NCBI GenBank assembly: GCA_030390025.1
Contig: CM059432.1
Coordinates: 11,656,001 to 11,720,000, forward strand
Reading direction: 5' to 3'
DNA length: 64,000 bases
DNA from: Squalus acanthias
Taxonomy: Eukaryota
Notes under the pieces: generated by a model
Told to the model about the DNA's origin: nothing
What the model saw: only the letters and a program-made list of their open reading frames with translations
Databases searched by the model: none
Part shown: in pieces, positions 36,896 through 49,004 of the stretch
Position numbering within the stretch: position 1 is the stretch's first letter
Layout: each line of letters opens with the position of its first letter
Program-made: the position numbers and the translations under genes

Positions 36896-37367
36896 AGCAC
36901 TTCTTGAGATCAAATAAAAAGTAAATAATATCACGTGGTGCACAATATTATTCTGCTGCTGAGGTGACGTGTGTCCCGTGCTAATATGTTAACCATGTCC
37001 CCTTAGGGTATCAGTTATGTTTAGTAAACACTGGGTGAGTTCATTCAAAGGTTCTTTGCTATTCTGGTTGGAGCTCAGAACCCTGGATTTGTTTCTTGAG
37101 AAGGTCAGTTAAGAGGCCGCGGACATTAGTATTTTTTGATGCTAGAGAGTTTTTTTCAGTCTATTCCAAATGACATGTTTCTTTATACATTTTTAAATTT
37201 CTGGCAGGGAAGTTTATCGTCCTACCAACCCTCTGCGTAAAGGAATTTCTACTAATCTCTTTTAGTGATTATCTTAATTTTTTTCTCTGGAAAAGAGAAG
37301 ACTGAAGGGTGACCTGTTAGAGGTCTTTAAGATTGTGAAAGGGTTTGATAGGGTAGACAAAGAGAAG

Positions 37368-38203
37368 GCTAGCGGAATGGGCAGACAAGTGGCAGATGGA
37401 ATTTAATACAGAGAATTGTGAGGTGATGCATTTTGGCAGAAGGAACAGGGGGAGGCAATATACACTTAATGGCACAGTTTTAAAGAGTGTGCAGGGACAG
37501 AGGGACCTGGGAGTTAATGTGCATAGGTCCCTGAAGGTGGCAGGACATATTGAAAGAGTGGTTAACAAAGCATATGGGATCTTGGGCTTCATAAATAGAG
37601 GTATTGGGTACAAAAGTAGAGAAGTTATGCTGAACCTTTATAAAGCGCTGGTTAGGCCACAACTGGAGTATTGGGTCCAGTTCTGGTCACCACACTTTAG
37701 GAAGGATGTGAAGGCCCTTGAGAGGGTGCAGAGGAGATTTACCAGAATGGTTCCGGGGATGGGGGATCTTAGCTACAAGGACAGGTTGGAGAAGCTGGAT
37801 TTGTTTTCATTAGAGCAAAGGAGGTTGAGGGGTGATTTGATAGAGGTGTACAAGACTATGACGGGTTTGGATAGGCTAGACGGGGAAAGGCTGTTCCCAC
37901 TAGTTGATGGTACAAGGACTAGGGGGACACAGATTTAAGGTTTTGGGCAAAAGATACAGGGGGGACGTGAGGAAAAACTTTTTTACGCAGCGAGTGGTGA
38001 TGACCTGGAATTCGCCGCCGACGGAAGTGGTGGAAGCGGAGACACTCAATGTTTTCAAGGGGAGCCTGGTTAGGCAGTTGAAGGAAATAAACTTGCAGGG
38101 CTACAGGGATAGAGCGGGGCAATGGGACTGACTGGATTGCTCTACAGAGAGCCGGCACGGACTCGATGGGCCGAATGGCCTCCTTCTGTGCCTCTATGAC
38201 TCT
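37368..38203 (+). mobile_element. CR1 LINE 3' fragment nested in another CR1 (37290-37367 / 38204-38520)
   Basis: 180-aa ORF (WQMEFNTENCEVMHFG...LVRPQLEY) and a CTATGACT tail, after which the outer CR1 resumes. Confidence 0.85.
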
Positions 38204-38724
38204 ATGTTTCCACTTGAGGGGGGAGACCAAAATTAGAGGCCATAAATATGGTAATCACTAATAAATCCAATCGGGAATTCAGAAGAAATTTCTTTACCCA
38301 AAGAGTGGTGAGAATGTGCAACTCGCTACCACAGGGAGCGGCTGAGGCAAATAGTACAGATGCATTTAAGGGGAAGCGAGATAAACACATGGGGAGAAAG
38401 GAATAGAAGGATCTGTTGATAAGGTGAGATGACGAAGGGTGGGAGGAGGCTGGTGTGGAGCATAAACACCAGCACGGCCCAGTTGGGCCGAATGGCCTCT
38501 TTCTGTAAATTCGATGTAATTTGATGCCCTCTAGTTACTGTCTCACCAACTTTTTAGGCCGGGAGCTGCAGGGTGTCCGGTGAAATAACATTGGGCGAGG
38601 CAGGAATTGCTCCGAGGAAGTACTTCGCCGTTTGTTTCTTTTCATCATTTGATATCTCTACTTTCACAAGGTTATTTTTACCGACAATCTTTAGTGTAAC
38701 TTTGAACAAATATTATTTCTTTTA

Positions 38725-40040
38725 GCTGCCTCTGCGGCTTCCCTCCCTTCCCCTAACCCACCGGGTCAAACTTCCTCTCAGGTTCCCATTGCCCGAGCCC
38801 TGAACTCGCATCTTTCTCCAGTTTCTCTCCTATCTCTGCTCATTGACCTCTCCGCGCTCATCCTGTCCATGAGACTCACCTCCTGCTCCCTCGACCCTAT
38901 TCCCACTAAACTGCAGACCACCCAACATACCTTCCTGGCTCCCATGTTAGCTGACCTTGTTAACGGTTCTCTCTCCTCAGGTACTGTCCCCCTCTCCTTC
39001 AAAATCTGCCGTCATCACCCCTCTCCTCAAAAAACCAACCCTTGACCCCTCTGTCCTTGCAAACTACCGCCCCATCTCCAACCTCCCCTTCCTCTCCAAA
39101 GTCCTTGAACGTGCTGTCGCCTCCCAAATCTGTGCCGATCTTTCCCGGAACTCCATGTTTGAATCCCTCCAATCAGGTTTCCACCCCTGCCACAGTACCG
39201 AAACAGCTCTTATAAAAGTCACAAGTGACATCCTTTGTGACTGTGACAGTGGTAAATTATCCCTCCTCGGCCTTCTCGACTTGTCTGCAGCCTTTGACAC
39301 GGTTGACCACACCATCCTCCTCCAACGTCTCTCCACTGTCGTCCAGCTGGGTGGGACTGCACTCGCCTGGTTCCATTCTTATCTATCTAATCGTAGCCAG
39401 AGAATCACCTGCAATGGCTTCTCTTCCCGCTCCTGCATCGTTGCCTCTGGTGTCCCCCAAGGATCTATCCTTGGCCCCCTCCTATTTCTCATCTACATGC
39501 TGCCCCTTGGCGACAGCATCCGAAAACACAGCGTCAGTTTCCACATGTATGCTGACGACACCCAACTCTACCTCACCACCACTGTCTTGAAATTGCCTGA
39601 CTGCTTGTCCGACATCCAGTACTGGATGAGCAGAAATTTCCTTCAACTAACCCTGCCACAAACTCCGTTCCCTAGCCAGCGACTCCACCCCTCTCCTTGG
39701 CATCTGTCTGAGGCTGAACCAGGCTGTTCACAACCTTGATGTCATATTTGACCCTGAAATGAGCTTCCGACCACATATCCACACCATCACTAAGACCACC
39801 TATTTCCACCTCCGTAACATCGCCCGTCTCCAGCCCTTGCCTCAGCTCATCTGCTGCTGAAACCCTCATCCATGCCTTTGTTACCTCTAGACTCGACTAT
39901 TCCAGCGCACTCCTGGCTGGCCTCCCACATTCCACCCTACGTAAACTTGAGGTCATCCAAAACTCTGCTGCTTGTGTTCTAACTCGCACCAAGTCCCGTT
40001 CTCCCATCACCCCTGTGCTCACTGACCCACATTGACTCCC
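38725..40040 (+). mobile_element. L2-clade LINE fragment with RT domain
   Basis: ORF 38957-39739 contains NYRPISNLPFLSKVLE, LLDLSAAFDTVDH, GVPQGSILGPLLF and YADDTQLY. Confidence 0.92.
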
Positions 40041-40616
40041 GATAAGGAGATATTAAGACAGGTGAGCAAAAGCTTGGTCAAAGAGGTATTTTTTAAGGAG
40101 CGTCTTAAAGGAGGAGAGAGAGGCGGAGGAGTGTAGGGAGGGAATTCCAGAGCTTAGGGCCTTGGCAGCTGAAGGTACGGCCGTCAGTGGTGGAGCGAAG
40201 GAAATCGGGGATGCTCAAGAGGTCAGAATTGGAGGAGCTTTGGTCCTGAGCCACCTCCTGCATCAGTCCCCTAATATTGCTGCTTCATACGATGCCTGCG
40301 TTTTCACAATTTTAACTCTCATGAGTAAAGCCGAGCCCTCAAACACTACAGAAACCTTTCCTTTACAGAGAGCTATCTTGTTAGAGAATGCTCTGCTGCT
40401 ACTAATTTCAAAGTAACTGCAGCGAGTAAAATCTATTTGAGCGGTTTGTTAAGTCGTGCACCTGACGTTGACACTGGCAAACAATCCGGATGCTTATTTT
40501 CTCCATCGCATTTTAGTTTCCAAATCGTTTTAACATATCAATGACTGTGATGAGCATTGGTGGTGTGCGGTGAAGGTCATTGCACAGGTTCAGGAAACCT
40601 CGATCTAAGCTCGAGG

Positions 40617-41086
40617 CAGCCGTGGCTCAGTGAACGGCGCTCTCACCTCTTGAGTCAGAGGTTGTGGGTTCACAGTCCCACTCCAGAGACTTGAGCACAC
40701 AAAGCTAGGCCGACACTCCACTCCAGTGCAGTGCTGAGGGAGTGCTGCACTGTCGGAGGTGCCGTCTTCCGGATGAGACGTTAAACCGAGGCCCCGTCTG
40801 CCCTCGCAGGTGGACGTAAGAGATCCCGTGGCACTGTTTCGAAGAAGAGCAGGGGAGTTATCCCCGGTGTCCTGGGCCAATATTTATCCCTCAATATCAA
40901 CATCACAAAAACAGATTATCTGGTCATTATCACATTGCTGTCTGTGGGAGCTTGCTGTGCGCAAATTGGCTGCTGCGTTTCCCACATTACAACAGTGACT
41001 ACACTCCAAACGTACTTCATCGCTGTAAAGCACTTTGGAACGTCCGGTGGTTGTGAAAGGCGCTATACAAATGCAAGTCTTTCTTT
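40617..41086 (+). mobile_element. Full-length DeuSINE (SacSINE1-type)
   Basis: tRNA-derived head, Deu-domain and L2-like tail. Confidence 0.88.
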
Positions 41087-41435
41087 CTCTGCTGACATTA
41101 AAGTGCCTGAAGTTCCTCTACTCTGTGGCGCCCCCACATGTGCCAGATGTGCACCTGCAGCAGATAAATTCTGACCAAAAAGAAGTTTTGGGTGCTGGCC
41201 TTTCGGTCCACCCACGCTGCTCCTGGACCCTGCCAGCAAAGGAAGATCGTCTCTCCTGGTGCAAAATGAAGTGGAGCGGAGCGAAACGAGTACTGGCTGC
41301 CCGGGCGCAGTTGTGAAGCTGGGCTTTCGGGGGGTGCTCCATCAAGATGTCTGAGAAGATCTGGTGGTATCTTACTGCGGCCAGTAGCCACGTTCGAATG
41401 ACCTTGCTATGTTACGGCATCCCCTTTTGAGACAT

Positions 41436-41740
41436 CATAGAAAACATAGAAACATAGAAGATAGGAGCAGGAGTAGGCCATTCAGCCCCTCGAGCCTGCT
41501 CCGCCATTCGATGAGATCATGGCTGATCATCCAAACTCAGTACCCTGTCCCTGCCTTCTCCCCACATCCCTTGATCCCTTTAGCTTTAAAAAATATATCT
41601 AACTCCTTCTTGAATATATTTAATGAATTGGCCTCTACTGCCTTCTGTGGTAGAGAATTCCACAGGTTCACCACTCTCTGGGTGAAGAAATTCCTCCTCA
41701 TCTCAGTCCTAAATGGCTTACCCCTTATCCTTAGACTGTG
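41436..41740 (-). mobile_element. CR1 LINE 3' end closely related to the young copy at 13923
   Basis: Ends FKKELDIFFKAKGIKGCGEKAGTGY; (CATAGAAA)n tail. Confidence 0.87.
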
Positions 41741-42069
41741 CTTACATCTTTCCATAAGCAAGCGTGCCTTGGCTGGCACAGAGTGCATGCACACGACTAA
41801 CTGCCCATGAGTGGGGTAGCTCGCACAGGATCACCAGTTTGCCTTTTAATTGCCGTATAATGGGGTCTAAATTTAACATGGTTTGAGCCCATTTTATGGG
41901 CCTAAGACAGATGCAGCGATACCCAGTTTAGCAGGGCCGAGGCCCACGCCCCATCTGCAGGGGCATTCAGGCCACTGCTAGCTTGGTCGGTGCCTTTTTA
42001 TTTTAGGAGGGGCGAAGGGAGAAAGGACTCTTGAGTGATGTTCTTGAGAGAGATGGAGAACTGAAGAGT

Positions 42070-42200
42070 TGTACTCGCCCTTGCTACCCTTGTGAGGTCA
42101 TTGAAGCGCTATCTGCACTACATCCAGGTCCTGGGGGGGGTGAAGCTCCTGCAGTTGAAAATCTCAGCGGTCTCTCTCCCATACCCATACTGTTCAGTGG
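42070..42200 (-). pseudogene. Fossil of a Harbinger-type Myb/SANT-like DNA-binding ORF
   Basis: Minus strand 42132-42079 reads RTWM*CR*RFNDLTRVAR, matching the RTWxQCRKRFNDL helix motif with two stops, followed by a decayed donor (gcgagt). Confidence 0.65.
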
Positions 42201-42282
42201 GGTATGGTGTTGCTCCATGTTGTGTTCATGAAGATCGTGGCAATGACTCATGCATGTCATGGATCATGTCAGTAGTCTAATG

Positions 42283-42748
42283 TGTCAGCCGTGGCTCAGT
42301 GGGTAGCACCCTCGCCTCTGAGTCAGAAGGTTGTGGGTTCATAGTCCCACTCCAGAGACTTGAGCACAAAATCTAGACTGTCACTCCAGTGCAGTACTGA
42401 GGGAGTGCAGCACTGTCGGAGGCGCCGTCTTTTGGATGAGAGGCTAAACCGAGGTCCCGTCTCCTCTCTCAGGTGGATGTAAAGTATCCCATGGCACTAT
42501 TTTGAAGAGTAACAGGGAGTTCTCCCGGTATCCTGGCCAATATTTGTCCCTCAACCAGCATCACTAAAACAGATCATCAGGTCATTATCACATCGCTGTC
42601 TGTGGGAGCTTGCTGTGCGCATTTGGCTGCCGTGTTTCCTACATCTCAACAGTGACTGCATTTCAAAAAGTACTTTGTTAGCTGTAAAGCGCTTTGGGAT
42701 GTCCTGAGGTCGTGAAAGGCGCTGTATAAATACAAGATCTTCTTTCTT
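42283..42748 (+). mobile_element. Full-length DeuSINE (SacSINE1-type)
   Basis: A box TGGCTCAGTGG, B-box-like GGTTCATAGTCCC, Deu-domain and tail. Confidence 0.88.
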
Positions 42749-44921
42749 TAGTGACCAACTAGCGAGTGCCAGCCTTTGGAGGAAGGTAAGAAAGGTGTCT
42801 GCAGGGACGTGTTTGCTTCAAGGTGACATCCCTGAGAGTGGAAGATTGGAGCCTCGCCAACCTTCTGTGGCAGGCTCAATAATCTGATACTGGAACCAGG
42901 CAGGTCCACAGTGTTTCAGGGCATTGTTAACAATTAGACAGCCAGGCTGGCTGACCAGAGGGGTAGGCCGGTCACTGGACTTTGATCCTTCCTCCCAACC
43001 CTGGCTTGAAACAGCCCCGAAAGCCAACACCCTGGCAGGTATGAGGCGGTCCTGGCTGAACAGACAGGTGAAGCTTACCAGTACGCTGTCAACCGGATTT
43101 GTTCCAACAGGGAGAGAGAGAGCGAGAGCATTCCACATCAGGCAATCAGAATCTCCTGCGGCTTGGTTTGAAGTCTTTAATGGGTTTCCACACGTCAGCC
43201 ACCTGGGCTGGCCAAAAAAAAAAAGACCAAATTGTATAATCATTGCTGTAATGGTGGAAATTGTCAATCACAGTCTTCGGCTGTTGACAGAAGCTGCGGA
43301 AAGTTCTAGGAGTTTAAGACGGTCGTGGAAGTTTCTGCATTGAGAATAGGAAAATTCCGGAACTAGGGGGCCATAACTATAAGCTAGTCACTAATAAATC
43401 CAATCGGGAATTCAGGGGATACGTCTTTACCAGGAGAGTGGCGAGAATGTGGAACTCGCTACCACAAGGAGCAGTTGAGGCGAGCAGCATAGATGCACAT
43501 GAGGGAGAAAGGAATAGAAAGATATCTCGACGGGGTGAGATGGAGTAGGGGTGGGAGGAGGCTCGTGTGGAGCATAAACACCAGCACGGACCAGTTGGGC
43601 CGAATGGCCTGTTTCTGTGCTGTAATTACTATGTGATACCGTGTAACTAAAGGGCCAGAGCACTTTTAAGTAAAATAAAGTTTTTCCAAGTGATCAGATA
43701 TGTGACAAGAGCTGTGGGCATTTAACGGAGTAGTTGGAAAAAAGTCCTAACACGGCATAAAGCCTGGCTTGTTCAGGCTGGCTGGGTCATGGAGAGAGTT
43801 ACTGGAAGCTGTCGGTTGTTTATTTGCCGGGCTTCTGTACAAGCAGCTACACATCAAAATCACTCTGGGCACATTTCCATTTTGTGCGTTAATGAGGTGC
43901 AGACCCAACACTGCCTCGAGGGCTTGAGGTGCTGTTTCACATAAAAATTTTGTACACCGGACTGTTTTTTTTAATTCACATCCGTTTCTGCCCCGTTGCC
44001 GCCCGAGAGTTAGAGTGCGTGCCAATTTATCCGCATTACAGCAAAACAACTCAATCACATATTTGGCATGACAGAAATGGAATAAAATTCTGCCTCTGGC
44101 TTGTTCTTTGAGGTCTCCTGATCCGAGCGGGAGGTATTAATGGTGGCGTGCAATGTCAACTGTACTGAGCTGCAAAAACAAGCCGTCAAAAAAAAAATGC
44201 TGCAATTTACGACTAATTCAAATGCTTCCTACCTTGTAGCAAAGTTGCATCAAATTCAGAAATTTTCATTGACGAAATAACCTAATCACATTTGCATAAA
44301 GCGAAAAGCTGAGTCCTCCGGAATATGCCCTTTGTGGCGGTGGGCTGAAGAGGTGGGCTGCGGGATATGTCCTGCCTTGCTCGGTAACCTCACTGAAATT
44401 GGTTTTTGCAGCTTAGTGCCAATGTCGATTAATGTTGTTGCTTTTATTTTGAGGCTATTTACCCTCCCACGAGGGAATGTACTTTTTTAAAAAATCAAAA
44501 AAATCTGTTAATTTCCGCCCTGCCCTCGGTTCTGCACTCCTGTAGCTGAGAGGGCCGAACGGACAGTCTGCTCCCAGGCCTCTGCCAACAGCCCTGGCTC
44601 AGTGGGTCGAACTCCCACCTCTGAGTCAGAAGGTCGTGGGTTCAAGCCCCCACTCCAGCCCGACTCTCCAGTGCAGTGCTGAGGGAGTGCTGCACTGTCG
44701 GAGGTGCCGTCTTTCGGATGAGACGTTAAACCGAGGCCCCGTCTGCCCTCTCAGGTGGACATAAAGGATCCCACGGCACCATTTCGAAGAAGAGCAGGAG
44801 AGTTCTCCCCGGTGTCTTGCCCGATATTTATCCCTCGGCCAACATTACAAAAACGGATTATCTGGTTATTAGCATGTTGCTGTTTGCGGGACCTTGCTGC
44901 TGCATTTCCTGCACTACACTT

Positions 44922-45350
44922 TAACAGCCCGATACGAGACTCCCAAAACAAGCGCTGTACTCGGAGCTCCGACACAGCAAGAGAGCCCCAGGTGGGCAGA
45001 GGAAACGCTTCAAGGACACCCTCAAAGCCTCCTTAAAAATGTGCAACATCCCCACCGACACCTGGGAATCCCTGGCCCAAGACCGCACAAAGTGGAGGAG
45101 AAGCATCCGGGAAGGCGCCGAACACCTCGAGTCTCTTCGCCGGGAGCAAGCGGAAACCAAGCGTAAGCAGCGCAAGGAGCGCACGTCAACCCAAGCACCC
45201 CACCCACCCTGCCCCTTCAACCATCGTCTGCCCCACCTGTGACAGAGACTGTAGGTCCCGCATTGGACTCATCAGTCACCTGAGAACTCATTTTTAGTGT
45301 GGAAGCAAGTCATCCTCGGTTCCGAGGGACTGCCTAAGAAGAAGAAGAAG
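44922..45350 (+). mobile_element. RTE-clade LINE 3' fragment inserted in a DeuSINE (44588-44921 / 45351-45430)
   Basis: (GAA)n tail; TSD ACACTT at 44916-44921 and 45351-45356. Confidence 0.87.
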
Positions 45351-45959
45351 ACACTTCAACAGCACTTCATTGGCTGTGAAGCACTTTGGGACATCCTTGA
45401 AAAGCGCTATATAAATGCAAGTTCTTTCTTTTTGTGTGAGATTGACATCGTGGAAACTTTCCACCTGATTAACCCACCCGTCTCCCACCATCAGGCTCTC
45501 AGAGTGGAAGAACTAAACATCACTCTGAGCATATTGGTGCTCCACTGTTGTGGCTTGTGTGCAGATTGATTTTAGATATGAGAATTGTTTTTTTTTTGGC
45601 GGGGCTTGACCTGACAACACCTGAGACTCACTGATTCAAAATATACCGCAGATTATGAGAAAGTGATTCTCCTATGAAAGCTGCAGTGTTGCTTGGAGCA
45701 GGAACAATTTCCTGTCGCATAGAGCTTTCCTGGAACTGAACCTCATCCAACCTTTACAGACGACAGGGTGGATTTTCATCTTCACTGCCTTGGGTGGTAA
45801 TCTGGCAGAGCGATCGCCTGCCCTTTATATAACCCGCTCAATTTTCATTCCCAGCGATTGCCACCTAGGCAATGACGCAAATCTACCCCGACAACTCCAT
45901 TCAATCACAAGCAGGTCAAATAAGTATCTTAGACAGCACTCAGCCAGGCTAAAGGCTTT

Positions 45960-46300
45960 TTTTATTCATTCACGGGATTTATTGCCACCTTCTTGAATAC
46001 AACTGAGTGTCTTGCTGGGCCATTTAAGAGTCAACCACATTGCTGTGGGTCTGGAGTCACATATAGGCCAGACCAGGTAAGGATGGCAGATTTCCATTCC
46101 CTAAAGAACATTTATTGCAACAACAATTCTGTAGTTTCATGGTCACCATGATTGATATGAGCTTTTTATTCAAGATTTATTTAATTAACTGAAATTTAAA
46201 TTCCTCAGCTGCCGTGGTGGGATTTGAACTCATATGTCACCAGACTCATTAGCCTCTGGATTACTAGTCCAGTAACATAACCACTATGCTATTGTAGCCC
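45960..46300 (-). mobile_element. Second tRNA-type SINE family, diverged copy
   Basis: Reverse-complement relative of 61795-62270. Confidence 0.7.
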
Positions 46301-46554
46301 CAGCTGTAGTCCATGTGTTGTCAGTTCCTACTCGGCCCAATTGCAGGCTGTAAGGAAGGACCGCAAAAACTGTACAATTAAGGTCAGAAGAAGTTCATGA
46401 ATGTTGAAAATCTGACATAAAAACAGAGAAATGCCCATGTGGGTCAGTCAGCATCTGAGATAGAGAAGCTAGGTCGACGATTCGGGTTTTCACTTGGGTG
46501 GAGTGAAAGGTACGCGACTAAAGCTTTTCTTCCTTTTTGTTTTTCTCTCGTCAG

Positions 46555-46680
46555 TTGTGCGCTGCTCACCTAACGACACCGCCAGAGGCTCCGAACCATT
46601 ACCAGGCCGTGTGCCGGGCACTGTTTGCAGAGTCCATGGAGTTACGGACCTTCTTGGCCAAAATCAAAAGTGCTAAAGAG
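46555..46680 (+). CDS. SPIRE1: Spire (SPIRE1-like) next coding exon, end of the KIND domain
   Basis: Long pyrimidine tract + tcag|, donor |gtaaga; 126 nt, phase 0/0. Encodes [42 protein letters not shown], containing the Spire hallmark [10 protein letters not shown]. This frame is not in the ORF track. Confidence 0.95.
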
Positions 46681-46959
46681 GTAAGAGGTCATCCGCGTGC
46701 CGCCAGCTAGCAGGTAAAGAGCAGGCACGGCTGGTATTGGTCACCCGCTTCTGAATTTCCACCAATGCTGCTTTTTAATGTAATCTCCAGGAGAGGTGCA
46801 AGAACAACCTGACCCTTTTTTTTGGTGTTTTTCCCCTTTCCTTCCTTCCCCATGGGGCAGCGCCTAGTCTTTGCTCCCCAGGCTACCTTCAAGGTATGGA
46901 TGAATTCAGAAACTTTTTATAGAGATGCGTTACACAGCAATGAACAACACGGATACAGG

Positions 46960-47420
46960 CTGTGTTATGAAGAAAGGTTGAGCAGGTTGGGCCTATACTC
47001 ATTGGAGTTTAGAAGAATGAGAGGTGATCTTATTGAAACATAGAAGATTCTGAGCAGGCTTGACAGGGTGATGCTGAGAGGATGTTTCCCCTAGTGGGGG
47101 TATCTAGAACTAGGGGGCATAGTTTCAGAATAAGGGGTCGCCCATTTAAAACGGAGATGAGGAGGAATTTCTTCTCTCAGAGGGTCGTGAATCTTTGGAA
47201 TTCTCTACCCCAGAGAGCTGTGGAGGCTGGGTCATTGAATATATTTAAGACAGACAGATTTTTGAACTATAGGGGAGTCAAGGGTTATGGGGAGCGGGCA
47301 GGGAAGTGGGAGTTGAGGCCAAGATCAGATCAGCCACGATCTTATTGAATAATATTGAATAAGCAGGCTCGAGGGGCCAAATGGCCTACTCCTGCTCCTA
47401 TTTCTTATGTTCTTATGTTC
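46960..47420 (+). mobile_element. CR1 LINE 3' fragment
   Basis: Encodes YEERLSRLGLYSLEFRRMRGDLIET...FFSQRVVNLWNSLP. Confidence 0.88.
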
Positions 47421-47559
47421 TAGGCCACTCGGTCCAACAGGTCCATTTTAGTGTTTATCCTCCACACGAGCAGTGGTCCTAATCCCATGTGTCTACCCTG
47501 TTCCCATATCCCTCTTTCCATCAACCATCTACCTAATCTATTCTTAAATGTTGACATGA

Positions 47560-48010
47560 CCTCATCCAAAACTCTGCTGCCCATATCCTAACTCGCACCA
47601 AGTCCCGCTTACCCATCACCCTTGTGCTCACTGACCTACATTGCCCCCCGGTCAGGCAATGCCCTGATTTTATAATTCTCAACCTTGCGTTCAAACCCCT
47701 CTATGGCCTCGCCCCTCCCAATCTCTGTAACCTTCTCCATCCCTACAACCCTCCAGGTTCTCCATGCTCCTCCAATTCTGGCCTCTTGCCATCCCCGATT
47801 TACTTCACTCCACCATTGCCGGCCGTGCCTTCTGTTGCCTAGGCCCTAAGCTCTGGAATTCCCTGCCTAAACCTCTCCGCCTCGCTACCTCTCTTTCCTC
47901 CTTTAAGATGCTCCTTAAAACCTACCTCTTTGACCAAGTTTTTGGCCACCTGCCCTAATATCTCTTTATGTGGCTCGGTGTCAAAATTTTGTCTGATAAT
48001 GTTCCTGTCA
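47560..48010 (+). mobile_element. L2 LINE 3' fragment
   Basis: Encodes AGRAFCCLGPKLWNSLPK...FKMLLKTYLF. Confidence 0.82.
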
Positions 48011-49004
48011 TAAGAACATAAGAACATAAGAAATAGGAGCAGGAGTAGGCCAATTGGCCCCTCGAGCCTGCTCCGCCATTCAATAAGATCATGGCTGATC
48101 TGATCCTAACCGCCAATCTACTATCACAGAAGTGCCTTGGGACATTTTATTACATTAAGGGCGCTATAACAGACGCATGGGAACACCACGACCCCCAACT
48201 TCCCCTCCAAGTCACACATCATCCTGACTTGGAAGTATATCGGCCGATCCTTCATCGTCGCTGGGCCAAAATCCTGGAACTCCCTACCTAACAGCACTGT
48301 GGGAGTACCTTCACCACACGGACTGCAGCGGTTCAAGAAGGCAGCTCACCACCACCTTCTCAATTAGCGATGGGCAATAAATGCTGGCCTTGCCAGCGAT
48401 GCCCACATCCCATAAAAACGAATTAAAGAAATATAATTGGAACCGGTTGTTATGCCTTTCATAGCCTCACAAATCTGCTCCTTTTCTCTGTCCTAAATCT
48501 CTTACATTTATATCTGTGTCCTCTCATGCGAGACCCTTCAACCACTGCAAGCAGTCTGTTTCCATCTACCCTGACCCAACCATAATTTCAAACATCTCTA
48601 TCAAATCAACCCGTGTGTCATATTTTTATGATGTTTGTTATTTTGTTCTGCTTTGGTTTCACACTCAGCTGCTGAGAAGCAAACTCTGTCAGTGCCACGA
48701 TTGTCTGGCTTCTTTCCTATCTGATACTCCCAGCCCCGCCAGGAGACACCTACCATCAATGCCTAGGATCTCCCACTCGGTGTGTTTCAGATCAGAAGCT
48801 GAATGGAGTGAGGGATCGAACCTGCGTTATCCCTTTCCACCAGACTGAGCCTTTAGTCATCCAGTATTCATCACTACTGATCGGGAGGCAGGATTTCCAC
48901 TAATTGTAGCAAAGTCGTAAACCGCCGCTCCCCTCCACCCCTCACCTTCCCGATTGGCTGTGTTCTGATTAAAGGGGTGCAAAACAATCTCCCTTTGCTT
49001 GGTA

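Noticed and set aside
42283..42360. tRNA genes at SINE heads
   Set aside because: The A/B-box heads run directly into SINE bodies; no complete cloverleaf is evident.
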